Shown here piece by piece: positions 12,718-25,080 of a DNA stretch of 64,000 bases. Source of the stretch: Camelus ferus. Taxonomy: Eukaryota. The number at the start of each line of letters is the position of its first letter. The first letter of the stretch is position 1. Below the pieces are notes generated by a model. That model searched no databases, was not told the origin of the DNA, and saw only the letters and a program-made list of their open reading frames with translations. The position numbers and the translations under genes are program-made. The DNA is taken from positions 68,512,001-68,576,000 of the forward strand of contig NC_045696.1 in NCBI RefSeq assembly GCF_009834535.1, in the 5' to 3' direction.

Positions 12718-13047
12718 AGAGAGGAGAGAGGAGAGAGAGAGAGAAAGAGAAAGAGAGAGAGAGAAACTCTTCTTGATCTCAAGATGGCTGCAGGATCACC
12801 AGCCATCACAATCTTGTTCTAATTAGAAAGCATGGAGAAGGGCAAGGGACACAAAAACATGTGCCATGCACACAGGTATTAAAGACCAACCCTCTCCAAA
12901 TGACTATGTCATATAACCACTCTAGTTGTAAGGGAGGCTGGGGAATGTAGTTTTTAACTGGGTGTTTTGCTACCCTGAATAAAATTGGGGTCACTTAAAA
13001 AGTAAGAGTGTAGAGTGGATATTGAGTAAAGAACATTCTCAGCCACT
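12455..13047 (-). mobile_element. MaLR LTR, old MLT1 (I/J/K-like)
   Basis: aaaaatccagaggtggtcagtcc, caagatggctgcagga...cagccatcaca, aaccactctagttgtaagggaggctggg, ctgaataaaattgggg. Confidence 0.7.
12641..12763. repeat. Compound (TG)n(AG)n microsatellite
   Basis: About 26 TG units followed by an imperfect AG run. Confidence 0.97.
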
Positions 13048-13049
13048 TT

Positions 13050-13180
13050 TGTAACCATAGGTAAATTAATTAACCCCTTTGAGTTTATGCATCTATAAAA
13101 TGGAAATTATACAAGGTTAATTATGGAATGTACTTGGCAAAGTACTGGCACATAGTAAGCATGCAAGAATATAGATTATT
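13050..13180 (+). mobile_element. MIR SINE
   Basis: catctataaaatggaaattata...aagtactggcacatagtaagc. Confidence 0.65.
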
Positions 13181-13909
13181 CAGAATATAGAACAATATTG
13201 AAAAGATTGATAGGGTGTAAAAAATTCCCCACCATCTGGGGTAGGGACAAGAACTATTTTGGGGAGAAGGAAAAAGTTGTAAATTTTGGAGCAGATATTT
13301 GGCTTCCTTTTCCAGTTGGCATGTTGAATGATGAGCTTTCTGAGGTGTATGAAACCTTTTGTTCTCCAGGATACCTGTGTGATTTTTAGGGGACTTGAGA
13401 GAGTTAAAATGGGCAACCTGCTTAGCCATCAGCCCTTCCCAGAAGTCTCCTCTGGGTTCAGGGCTGGGCTAAGTGGCCCTCTGGGAAATTCTCTTGGCAT
13501 GTCTGTTTCTTCCTAGTTACGAGCCACTGAGGACGAGGGCTGTGTCTTAGTCAGCTTTACCTTCCGAGGGCCCAGCACAGTATCAGGGGCATGGTAGGTA
13601 GGTAGTACATGTGTCCCTCATTGAGGGTAGCTGCTTTGGGTTGACTCCTTTTAACATCTTCTTTGGCCAGACCGAAACATAACATCCCCATCCCAGGAGA
13701 CCTTTCTGGAGAAAGTTCTCTGAAAAATGAGCTAGTCAATAAAGTTTCTCTATGCTTCACTCCCTTAAGGAATGCTCAAAGCTCTGAATAGCTTTCAAGT
13801 AAAAATGATGGAACTTAGAAAGGTGGAAAGATGGGTGGTGCTTCTGATATTTTAGGGAACAGGGCTCTGCTCAGCATCCCCTCACGTTGCTCCAGGGAGT
13901 AAGCATCAT

Positions 13910-14130
13910 GCAGTGGGATTCACACCCAGAGCAAAGGTCCTTGAGTCCACTTTTGGTTCTGCCACTTGGTTGCTAGGCTGCTGGTGATGATCAAGCCAAT
14001 TTCTGAGCCTCCAATTACTTACCTGTTGCTTGGGAAAATAATACTCACCATTTCCCACTCCCTTTCGGGGTTGTGGTGAGCCCTGGTGAACAAATGGGCA
14101 GGAGGGGCTTTGCACTGAATGTGAGGGACT
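13910..14130 (+). mobile_element. MIR SINE
   Basis: ggttctgccacttggttgc...tttctgagcctccaattacttacctg...aaataatactcac. Confidence 0.55.
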
Positions 14131-14191
14131 ACCATGTGTGTGACTGACTCTCAAAAAACCAGCTCTGGCCCTTAATATGCAACTGACTGGG

Positions 14192-14658
14192 TGTGTTAAC
14201 ATGCTGGGGCTGCCTTACAGAAGTGCCACAGACTGGGCGGCCTAGGCAACAGAAATGGACCGCCTCACAGTTCTGGAGACTAGGGGTCCAAGACCAAAGA
14301 TATGGCAGGGTGAGTTCCTTTTGAGGGCTATGAGGGGGCATTTGGTCCACACCTCTTGCCTAGATTCTGCTAGTTTACTGGTAACTTGCGGTATTCCTTG
14401 GCTTGTAAAAGTACTGCCCTGACCTCTTCCTTCATCTTCACATGGTGTTCTCTCTGGGTGCATGTCTGTTTCTGTGTCTGAATTTCCCCTTTCTATGAGG
14501 ATAGTGGTCATGTTGGATTAGAGCCCACTCTAATGACCTCATTTTGACTTCACTGTCTCCATAAAGACCGTATGTCTAAGTTAAGGTCACATTTTGAGGT
14601 TTTGGGGTTTAGGACTTCAACATGTGAATTTGAGGGGGCACACAATTTAACCTGTAAT
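14192..14658 (-). mobile_element. MaLR solo LTR, MLT1B/C-like
   Basis: gctgccttacagaagtgccacagactggg...ctcacagttctggagactag...aatttcccctttctatgagga...aaggtcacattttgagg...ggacttcaacatgtgaattt. Confidence 0.88.
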
Positions 14659-14754
14659 GCTGGGGGATAGTAAAAGTTCTATAAGTGAGTTAGTAGATTG
14701 CCCTTGGTATGAAGAGCTTTACCTCCATTTACTTCTGATGAACTTTGTGGCTAC

Positions 14755-14950
14755 AGTCTCATTTTCTAATTCTGGTTTCAGCACTTTGTAATTCTGTGAT
14801 CTGTTTGAATTTTCTGAGTGTCAGTTTTCTCATGAGTAAAATGGGAATATTAGAGGCTTTCTTATAAGGTTGTTGAGAGTATTAAATGAGATGGCGTATG
14901 TTAAGTGCCTTAAATAGGTCTCAGCACACTGTGAGTGCCTCAGTGAAGGG
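14755..14950 (+). mobile_element. MIR SINE
   Basis: tctgagtgtcagttttctcatgagtaaaatgggaata...gttgttgagagtattaaatgagat. Confidence 0.75.
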
Positions 14951-15419
14951 CTATTCCCCTTCTCCATAGAAATGTTAGATAAAGTCGGGAGACCAGGAAG
15001 AGGTGATGGTGGGGATGGTGGGCACCAGGCTTCACAAAACTGTTACATCAATTTGTCTGGCTCAATCATTTTCCAGAATAGCATTTTGAGTTTGATACTT
15101 TGGAAATGGAAAGCAAGCAGTCAGAAAGCTTTTTGAATTGACAGGAGACAAGCTAGCTGATCATCCATCATCTTAAATTGCCTCCTCTTGATCATACTCT
15201 GCTATTTTTTTCTGATGATTTCACCAATAATGACTCCTACTAACTTTCTATGTGCCTTTGTAAACAAGAGATGATGAATAAGTAAAAATACCCTCCAGAC
15301 TCTATTTGTGACCTTGAAAACTATGTGAGTTCTGATGTATTATTCTAAGACTTTGCACCTTTGCAAAGCACGTTCAAAACATTAAAAAGTGAAGCTTAGG
15401 TGGGTCACTCCTGGTGCAG

Positions 15420-15570
15420 TGAGGTAGAAGGGGAATTTGAAATCATATGATTCAATCTCCTCATCTTTCAGATGAGGAAACTGAGGAACACAGAAGCAGA
15501 GGGACTTTCCTGAAGTTACCCAACAAGCCAGAACGTGGACTAGAACCTGAGCGTTCCACCTCCCGGTCTT
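15420..15570 (-). mobile_element. MIR SINE
   Basis: ctttcagatgaggaaactgagg...gactttcctgaagttaccca...ggactagaacc. Confidence 0.75.
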
Positions 15571-15929
15571 CACTACTCTGTTACTTTATGTTCCAGTCTA
15601 AGCAGTGTTTCAGGCAAGTCACTTCTGCTTCCTGGGGTTTGGTCTTCAGAGGGAAGTGGAACTGGACCAGCCGTCTTCTTGGGCCTTTTTTTCACAGAGC
15701 CACACTCAGACCACTCCCATGTGTCCGTCTGGCTCCTCAGAGCAGCAGAGCCTCCCTCCGCTCCCTCTCACACCATCGGGGCCTACACTAATCCAGCTTA
15801 TGGTAGGCAAACTGGGACTAAGCAGGGACTTTCAACTCCAGTGCAGATATCAGTGACCCTAGGCAGGGTATTCACTGTGATGACTAACAACACACAAAGT
15901 TTAGAGGAGAAAAATGTTAATGGGACTTA

Positions 15930-16130
15930 CTATCGTGTAGTGGAAAGTGTACTTTTTAGACTGTGGCCAACTGGAATCCTGCTCTATCTTACTAGCTGAG
16001 CACCCTGGTCAAGTTAAGCCACTTCACTTAGTCTCAGTTGCTTCATTAATAGTAATAATAAAAATACCTAGGTTGGAAGGTGGCTACATGGAAAATATTC
16101 ATTATAGTGTTAATAGTAGCAGCATATTAG
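15930..16130 (+). mobile_element. MIR SINE
   Basis: gtgtagtggaaagtgtac...tcctgctctatcttactagctg...caagttaagccacttcacttagtctcagtt. Confidence 0.65.
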
Positions 16131-16199
16131 CATATTAGCAAAAAACATTATAAAAGAAAACAGTTGGACTGGATGGGTGATTTTTAACCTGTTTAGATC

Positions 16200-16335
16200 T
16201 GCTGGAAGTGACCGCCCTTCCCAGATACACATACACATACAAATGTGCAAACAGTTTGAGGGGTCATAACATTCCTGAAACCCAGACATGGGACTTAGGT
16301 GGGGGTCCATGGATTCCTAATTAAGGACCCCCAGA
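16200..16335. mobile_element. hAT-Charlie type MER fragment (MER103-like)
   Basis: Ends ggggtccatggattcctaattaaggaccccc, resembling the ccatggaccccaggttaagaacccctg terminus. Confidence 0.4.
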
Positions 16336-17758
16336 GAATATCTCTATCAGGTTCCTCCCTGCTTTATTATTGAATCAGTAAACTCACCTAAGCTTGCGTG
16401 ACAACTAGAGAAGCACACTTTAGATGTTTCATAAACCAACTGAATCATAATGCAGGAAAAAGACCCTTTGTCAGGGGCCTGAAATAGAGTCAGACTAGGA
16501 ACTTTGAAGGGAGAAAGGAAAAGTCTCAAATTCTACATTAACTCAGAATCCAGTTAGCAGTTATCCCAAAATTAAGAAATAAAGTGTTCATTATGATTCT
16601 ACAAAATGAGGAAGTGCCAACTGTGAGATGCTAGCAGCTTTTAGTGTCTGAGACCCAGAGAGGGAGGAGTGTCTCTTGGCCTTCTGGCTAGGTGGACCAT
16701 GACCACAGGGATTCCATTTGCGAGGGAATAGGGCTGCCAGGAGTCTCTGGAACCCCTTTGCAAATAAAATGCTGGGTTCCAGTATTCCCCAAGGCATTCT
16801 TTGTGGAGCTAGGGAGAGTGTGGTGGTCTGGCTGGCTCGTTTGTTTGTTTTCAAGGGCCTTTAGCAAACTCTGCTCTGAAGCTTCACAGCTCCAGTCGGA
16901 CGGAGTGAGGACGATGCTCTTGGACACTCCTCACTCATTCCCCAGATGTTTACCGAGACCTTCTACACTTAGCACGCTGTGGTAAGCTGTGCTATGAGGG
17001 ATGCAAAAGCGAACGATTCTTTACGTTTATTTTTAATGTGGACTGATTTTACTAGTTTATACCCTTTCTGGGGTGCTCTTTCTGGTTAGACTTTTATTCC
17101 AGTTATTTTATTTGCAACTTCCAGAAAGATGGTAAGGGTTGTCCGACAAGAATTTTTGTTCCTATTTTACAGAAGAGCCTGAGGCAAGAGAGCCTGTAGC
17201 TGGCTCTGGATCATGGTGGGAGGAAAGTGAATGTCCCTAAATTTTAATTCAGCCACTTTCAATTGTACAGAATTGCCCTCTACTTGCTTGATTTAAAATG
17301 AGAGAGACTTTATATACACACCGACTGTAACACAAGTCAATAAAAGGGAACTGTGGGGTCAGAGATAAAGAGGATTTGTTTCAACTGGCCAAGGTGAGGG
17401 AGCAGGGGAGTCTCAAGGGGGTTGTTGATTTTTTCTTCTTGCTATTCCCCACAGAGACTGGGAAAAAGGGGACTGAAGAATCTCTTTCCTTCTTCCAATC
17501 TCAAGGAGATTTGTAGCTGATCCATATCTGTACAGCACCTACTTGGCTAGTTTGCTGCTAAAGTACTTTATTCATCCCTGGAACAAACATTGACTGCTCA
17601 CCCCTCTCAGCCACCACTCTCATGATGGAGTAGGAAGCTTTACATTGACAGTAATAATTCCAACACACGCACACATACACATACGCATGCACACACACGC
17701 TTATACTTTCCCTTCCTGCTGAGCCAAAATTTTCTGTTTGGATACCCATCACTGAGTC

Positions 17759-18211
17759 TGTATTAATTTCCTGAGGCTGCTGTATCAAAGCACCATAAAC
17801 TTATTTTCTCACAGTTCTGGAAGCCCGAAGTCTGAAATCAAGGTATTGCGAGGGTTGGTTCCTACCAGAGGCCCTGAGGAAGAGTCTATTCCTTGCATCT
17901 CTTCTAGATTCCGGTAGTTGCTGGCAAGCATTGACGGTCCATGGTTTGTAGTTGCATCACTCTGGTTTCTGTATCCATCTTCACATTGCCTTCTCCTCTG
18001 TGTCTGTGTGTCTCAAATCTTTCTCTCCTTTCTCTTATAAGGACACCAACCATTTGCTTTATGGTTCACTCTGAATCCAGGATGATCTCATCCTGAGATC
18101 CTTAACTCAGTTTTATCTACAAAGACCCTATTTCCAAATAAAGTCACGTTCACAAGTATAGTGGTTATGACTCACATATATCTTTTTGGGTGACATTACT
18201 CAACCCATTTC
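17759..18211 (-). mobile_element. MaLR solo LTR, MLT1C/D-like
   Basis: tgtattaatttcctgaggctgctgta...ctcacagttctggaagcccgaagtctgaaatcaagg...aagaccctatttccaaataaagtcac...caacccatttca. Confidence 0.88.
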
Positions 18212-19544
18212 AGTGCTCAAATGGGACTTGGCTTCTAATCTTTGCTTTGAGAAGATGTATGCTTTCCAGTGGACATACATATTTCACTTGCAGCAGTGAC
18301 ACACGTTTCAAAGAGGGTGACATTCCATACAAATGAAGAAAAAAGTATAAAAGTTGAATAAACAAGGAAGATGGATGAGAAATACACCATAAGTGCTACA
18401 CGTGCAGCAGCAATTGAAAGGAATTTCCTGTGGATTCTTTCCTCAGGCATAAAGCGCTCTGAACCCCTAGAAGAGTGATGTGATTACAAGTGTCTGGATA
18501 TTGCCTGTTACGCAAAGACTCGGTATTACTCTCATATCAAGTGCCTGGGCTCATTTCACTCGAGAAGTCTTAGATAAAATACTTTTTTGTTATACTGTGC
18601 AAATCAATGGGTATTTCAGACAGTGCGTTCCCTAAAGCCTCGATTTTGCAAACAGAACAGGGGCACTTGAATTATACTGGGTGATAGAGATCCTACATAA
18701 GTGGGTTGTGTATGAAGGGGAAGCCAGGTGACTAGAACATGAGCTTGTTTGGGGATCGTGAAAGAGCAGAGATTCAGACAATCCAAGGTTGATTGGGAGC
18801 ATGTTGATGTACACTTGCTATAGACGTTCTCCCTGACTCAGAATATAAAAGGAAAATTTAAGCCCAGTTTAACTGTCTTCGGTGTTCCCATTATATTTAG
18901 GTTTATGGATCATTGTTTATTTCTTTCTCAGAATGAAATAGGAAATGAATCCCAACAATAATCTATATTGGGATTATGGTTTCAATGCTTTTAAAGGATA
19001 AAAATGATGCAGACACTTCCTGGTTAAATACCGATTACTTATAATAAATCAAAACTGTGCTCTTCTTTTTGAATCTGTCCGGGAAGACAGATTTATTAAA
19101 TAAGTTAGCCTCTCAGTTTTTAACTTAAAATCACCTCTTAAATCAGGAAGTACACATGGCAAGCAAGCCTAATGCTTTCTGAAGGTTGTTTTTTTGTTTT
19201 GTTTTTCAAACTACTTTTGGAAAACAGTTTATTTCCTTCACCTGAGGACAATAGGTTAAAAAGTAGGTAGCAGCCATGACACTTCACCAAACATCTTCTG
19301 TCCTTTCTTTACAGGATGTTGAAGGTGCCTAATAGAGTCTGACATGTTTTCACTACCTATGAAATATCAAAATGGCAAATCCTAATGTTTGCTTTATCCA
19401 AGGACACTTTTATACCTTATGCTTTGCCTTGTCAGTTTGAATTGATATCAAGCTGGGACAGGTCATGACTGTTCCCCGCCTCTGACTCCCTATCATAGTT
19501 CAAAATGCTCAGATGAGCTCGTTAAATGTGTGGTGCAATGTGTG

Positions 19545-20160
19545 AGGCCATATGGTGTGATGGAGAGTACACTGAGCCACAGTCGAAAACCTGGGTTCTA
19601 GTCCTAACTTTACCATGTACCAGCTATGTAAGTGTTGGCAAAACAATAGAACTCAATAGATATTTATTGAGCACTACTCTGTGCCAAACCTTATGCAACA
19701 GGAGAGCAGAGAAAGAACACAGACGTGGTGCCCACAGAACATCCCTCCGACATCGAGGCACATGCATAAATAACTCCAGTATGAGGTACATAGAGTCTTG
19801 AGCTGAAAGACAGAACTAAACCAAAAGCTGTAACAAGCAGAGAAAGGAGCGATGGCTTAAGTTTGGGGTGTGGATCAAGGAAGGTTTAATGGAGGTTGAT
19901 CCATGAGCTAGGACTTAAATGTAGTATAGGATTTGGGCACGATGGGTGGGGAAGGAGGTACAGGCAGAGTGAACTGTGGAATCAAGTCCATGGAGGTGAT
20001 AAAGCACATGGCTCTGTGGAGCCTGATGAAGGCTCTTAACCTGGCACCTGCAAGGGTGTAGGTGGTGGTGCAGTGGGTAGAGAAAGCTGAAGTTAGGAAA
20101 GTATTGAGCTCAGTACAAAGAAGAGTTTGAAAAGATAAGGTCTCTTTTGAAGTTGATCTA
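19545..20160. mobile_element. MIR fragment (plus) followed by L2 (minus)
   Basis: acctgggttctagtcctaactttacc (MIR); caatagatatttattgagcactactctgtgcca...gcagagtgaactgtggaatcaagtccatggaggtg (L2). Confidence 0.6.
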
Positions 20161-20989
20161 GATTGTAAAAAAAAAAAAAGGAGGAGGAAGTGGGGGGAGC
20201 AAGGAGAAGGAGAAAGGAAGAAGGGAAGAAAGGGAGGAATAAGAGCTACTTTGGGGCATGCATATGCCTCTGTCCAACACCTCTGCACAGTCAACAAAGA
20301 AAGGGGAAAACGCCCTTTGAGCGGACCACAACCTGTCACAAAATCAATGTGATATAAAAACCTGGTGGGTCATAGAGACCTGGAATTTCTTCCCAAGTTG
20401 CTTTGACAGGCTTCATGAGAGCAAACAAAATATATTGCCTTGTGTGAATATCCATCCAAAGCCTGCGTAGACTTGTGCCTCTACTATGGCAAATGAGAAA
20501 GCATAAAAATGGTGTTAATAATACTGATCTGAGACTTGGTGGTTTACAACACTTGGAAATCCATCGCTTAGTAAAGTAGGTATTGAGATGATCCCATTTT
20601 ATAACTAACTAAGGAGATGAAAGTGTCTCCTTTTGAGAAAGGTGGTTGAGAGGGTGGTTGTGCTAAAAGCTACCAATGTCTGACTATGACAGTTCTTCAA
20701 AATTGGGGCAATGTTTGTTACCTTAAAATTCTTTAACTCAAATCTTGATCAGAATATTAATCTGAGTTTTATGGTCTGCACTGTAAAGTCTCCTTGAGGG
20801 GGTCACTTTCTTTCTCTTGGCTCGTGATACTTCCTTTAAAACAAAGGAGATGAACCAGATTTTTCAGTATTCTCTTTCTTTTCTTCGTGCTGATTTAAGT
20901 ATATGCCAGCATCAAGTCAAATCATCATCTGGATTTTTATCCACATGTTATTGGATATTCAAATAGAGTGAGTTTTCCTTTGTTTAAAT

Positions 20990-22130
20990 ATAGAATTAAT
21001 GAATGCACAGAGTTTTAAAATATTCAGACAGTGCAGAAGAACAAAAATGAAACATAAAATCATCCTCCACTTTATTATCAACCCCTTTCTCCAGAGACAG
21101 CCACTGTCAGTATTCCCTCTCTTTAGTTTTGTTGGTAATTATTGTTATAACTTTACAAAACACACCTAGATCACTACTTTTTGATATATTAACTATAGAC
21201 AGAGCTATTATATCCCGGATGTGAGGTCTAAGGGTCTAGTCACTGACATTACCACCTATTTTTTTCTTCCCCTTCCACTTCCTAATTTTTGTTAGCCTAA
21301 GTATTATTTTTGGATATTCTATCAATTGTATTCATGAATTTAAGTAATACAACTAATCTCTATACCACAATTTGGACAGCTATAAATTCCACTATAAAGA
21401 AAATGACAATGACATACCCATCCATCTCCAAATTTTTCTTTCCTCTGTAATTATTTTTATATTATCAAAATTTATTCTATCTACAGTCTCTTCTGTGATT
21501 ATATAATAGATGAATTATTAAATAAAAGAAAATGAATGACCAGAATTATAATAGTATGGTTATGTAAATATTATTCAATATAGAACCAGGAAGAATGTTT
21601 TATGCCCTATAGAAGGAATTAGTCTATATATTTTATGCCATTAACGTATTTAAGGTTAAAGGAGAATCTTCCACATGTCCCACCTAATGGATCCTCTCTT
21701 ACTTAATTTCTAGTCTCCCTTACTTCTCATTCTCTGCCATCACAGATTCTTGGGTCCCATTGCATCCTGTTTATTAAATTGCTGTTCTATTTTGATGGAG
21801 AACTACATCTCAAGAAGTATTTTTCAATCAAAGTATAAGGGCAGTGAACTTCTCGAGTTTTTGCACAACCAAAAGTGTCTTATGTGTCTTTGCTTTTAGG
21901 TTTGATTGATGGTTTGACTGGCTATAGAGTTCCGTGTTGAAATTCTCTTCCCTTTGAAATTTGAAGAGTTTTCATTTCTCCTAACATCTAAGAGGTGCTG
22001 ATAGGAAGTCTGATATTACTTGAAGTCTTATTTCTTTGTAAGTGAACCCCTCCCCATACTCCTGACATCCAGATTTTCCCTTTGTTACTGGAATTACCAG
22101 CTTCCACCACGATGTCCTTTCCATGGTGAT
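20990..22130 (-). mobile_element. Old, highly decayed L1M fragments
   Basis: AT-rich; gatggtttgactggctatagagtt...ttccctttgaaatttgaaga...gctgataggaagtctgat is the antisense ORF1 C-terminal region. Confidence 0.55.
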
Positions 22131-22189
22131 GTCATTTCCCACTAGTTCCTCTTGGCATTCAGCACCTCTGAGGGAGTCAAGTTGATGAC

Positions 22190-22480
22190 AGCGAGAAGCA
22201 ATATGGTGCACTGGATTGAACAAAGGATCTGGAGTCAGATGATCTGATTTCAAATTCTAAATTTTGCCACTCTTTCTATCTTTAACTGACTGTGAAACCT
22301 TGCAAAATACTGTATCTTCACTTAGGCTCATTTTTTTTTTCCCTACCAAGACACAATGATAAGAGTCTGAGTCCTGTTCTTTCCTGCCATGTCCTCTTAT
22401 TCTGCAAGATTATTGTCATTGTGAACTACTGGGAGTAAAATTGTTTTGCAAACTGTAGAGCTGTGTATTAGGGTCGATAT
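22190..22480 (+). mobile_element. MIR SINE
   Basis: ggatctggagtcagatgatctgatttcaaattc...tttgcaaactgtagagctgtgta. Confidence 0.6.
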
Positions 22481-23039
22481 TATTGCAATGGAAATGAACA
22501 GGATGAAAAGAGTTTGGTGTTACAGAAATGCAGTTGGTTTTTTTCCTTTATCACATGTCACTTTGCCTGGTTGCATGGATATTACTGGGGGGTCATTACC
22601 CAGGTAAACCTGCAAGGCCAGCACACTACTTAGGAGACTTGGCCTGCTATCTACCAGGCAGTTGCGTAGGGCATTACTCTTTCTCAGCAACTCTTAAGGA
22701 AGGCATTGGATATGCTCAGGGGGCCTGAGTGATAAATGACCTGTCCATTTATCCTTCTTAGAATAACTCCTCATTGTCTGGAAAGTAGAAATGACACACA
22801 TACTGACATACTTTGTGGCTCCAAAGTCCTTTTTACTAATAAATAGTGTAAGAGGAAATGATTTAAATTACTATTTGGGACATTGGCTTGAATACTTCCA
22901 GGAACTCTATTCTTTTTACCCAACACATTTTTAGAGTTAAAGTAAAATTTGGTTTTCTGAAGTATATTTCCAGGAAGTATCAAGCAATGATGTAAGCTGG
23001 AAGGGGAAAGAGTAAATTAGAATCAGAAAATATCAGATT

Positions 23040-23170
23040 TAAGAAGAATCTTCCCATAATAAGTAGCATCCTCATTTACAAATAAGGAAACTGACATCCT
23101 GGCCAAGGCAGAGACTTGCTCAAGGTCACATGAACTGGGTGGAAATAGATTCCAGGACTCCTAACTCCAT
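23040..23170 (-). mobile_element. MIR core
   Basis: catttacaaataaggaaactgac...gacttgctcaaggtcaca. Confidence 0.65.
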
Positions 23171-25080
23171 TTCACAGTTATTTTACTCAAAGAGCTCTCT
23201 TAACAGTCTTTAACTTTCTACCAGGATGCTTTGAAATGGCAGAGAACTTGGTAACATATATAATCTTGAGGCTGTATTTAACGCAGGCCAGTAGATGGCA
23301 GTACCTTTGAGATCTTCCTGCTACAGACGAGGGAGTGTGTTAAAAGCTTTGGTCCAGGAACTTCTTACTGTAGTCATGGGTAGTAGGATTTTGACTCCAC
23401 CTCAAAGATATGAGGAACTGAAGTTCAGAGAGGTAAACAAGTTTACACAACTCATAACATTTGCTTTCAATAAAGCACAGAGACTGAACTCAAATCTAAT
23501 TTTAGTCACAGGACTAGTTCTCAAAGTAGAGTTGAAAAGAGAATCTAAGAACCCTAGTTTCCTCAATACTCCAGACAGTTTCAGGTTTCTCAACACACGT
23601 TGTGATAAACAAAGACCCAGGCACCACTTTTAAAATAGTCAGCTCTTGGCACAATTCAAAGGAGTTTTAATAGGCTCAAATTCACTGGATTGTGGATTTC
23701 AGATTTTTTGTTGTTATTGTTCTGGCATATGGATCCCTTTCATATGGCCTTTTTGGAATACTCACAGAGCTCAGGAGATTTTAAAAACTTTGAGAAAGAG
23801 ATGAATTGCCTTTGTAAGCACACCCCTGCAACTGTGCCTTCAGCGCTGGGTACCACCCATGATGAGGTACCACTCATGGTAACAGAGAAGAGTGCCCAGG
23901 ATGGAGACAGGGCTGAGTCTAAGACATGGGGCTAACTCTGGAAGGAAAAGAACATGTTCAGCTCAGGACCTTAGCTGAGAAAAAACTCATGCGGGAACTT
24001 GATAGGTGTGTTCCAATTCCTGAAGGACCATGATGTGGAGATTAAATTTGTCTTGTATTATGTGCCCACAAAGTGCTGCTCCACCGCATATGAAAATGAT
24101 AGGAAGCCATATTTTTGGTGTACAATCCAAATAATTTACTAAGACCTGAGCTTTCTGAAGATATCATGGGCCACCTTTGGATATAAAGTGGGCTCTGTTC
24201 CGGAAGGCAGTGTGATCCCTCCTCACAGGCAGCTATGGAAAAGTTCTGAGGGGTCTTGGACTGGAGCCATCAGAAACTCCAATCCAGCACGGTTGCAATA
24301 TTCCTTGGTTTAAGTCTTGTAAAGCTCTGCAGCTCAGTATCACACATAATCATGCCACGTCTTTCTGGCCTGCAGAGTTTCTGCTGAAAAATCAGCTGAT
24401 AGCGTTATGGGAGTTCCATTGCAGGTTATTTGTTGCTTTTCCCTTGCTGCTCTTAGCAGTCTCTCTTTATCTTTAATTTTTATCATTTTAATTACCATGT
24501 GTCTTGTTGTGGTCCTCTTTGGGTTCATCTTGTATGGGACTCTGCACTTTCTGGACTTGGGTGACTGGTTAGGGAAGTTTTTAGCTATTATGTTTTCAAA
24601 AATATTCTCGGCCCCTTCCTCTCTCTCTTCTCCTTCTGGGACCCCAATAATGTGATATTAGTGTACTTTATGTTGTCCCAGAGGTCTCTTAAACTGTCCT
24701 CTTTTCTTTTCATTCTTTTTTTCTGTTCAGTGATAGTGATTTCCACTCCTCTGTCTTCCAGCTCACGGATCCATTTCTCTGTATCATTTAGTCTACGGGC
24801 CCAGGGATCCCAGAGCTTTCAGATTGCTAGTTGGGAGGGGCACCGATTCTTGACACAGTTTTGGTATGGCGTCTGGGGTGTCTCGAAGCTTGTGTTGGTC
24901 TGCTAATGGGACGGGCAGGGGCCCAGTTGGTCCCAGGGTAGGGTCTGTCTCGCTGTAAGCAGGCTGGGTCCACAGGCTGTGGGACCGTGGTTTTCTAACG
25001 TCTGGGGTCTGCCCACCATGGGCGAGCCTGGTCTAGGCTTGTGCAGACTTCCTGGAGGGCAGGGCCTATGCTTGCCCACT

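Noticed and set aside
14192..18211. Two same-orientation MLT1 LTRs as ends of one provirus
   Set aside because: The LTRs differ substantially and the interval holds MIRs and unique DNA, not MaLR internal sequence.
19290..19330. Strong-looking splice acceptors at 19314 and about 31202
   Set aside because: No matching donor with an open frame; isolated acceptors are common in intronic DNA.
22137..22160. TTCAGCACC REST/RE1 half-site, and partial CTCF-like matches at about 3540 and 54884
   Set aside because: Only half-sites, or two mismatches in the core; not supportable.
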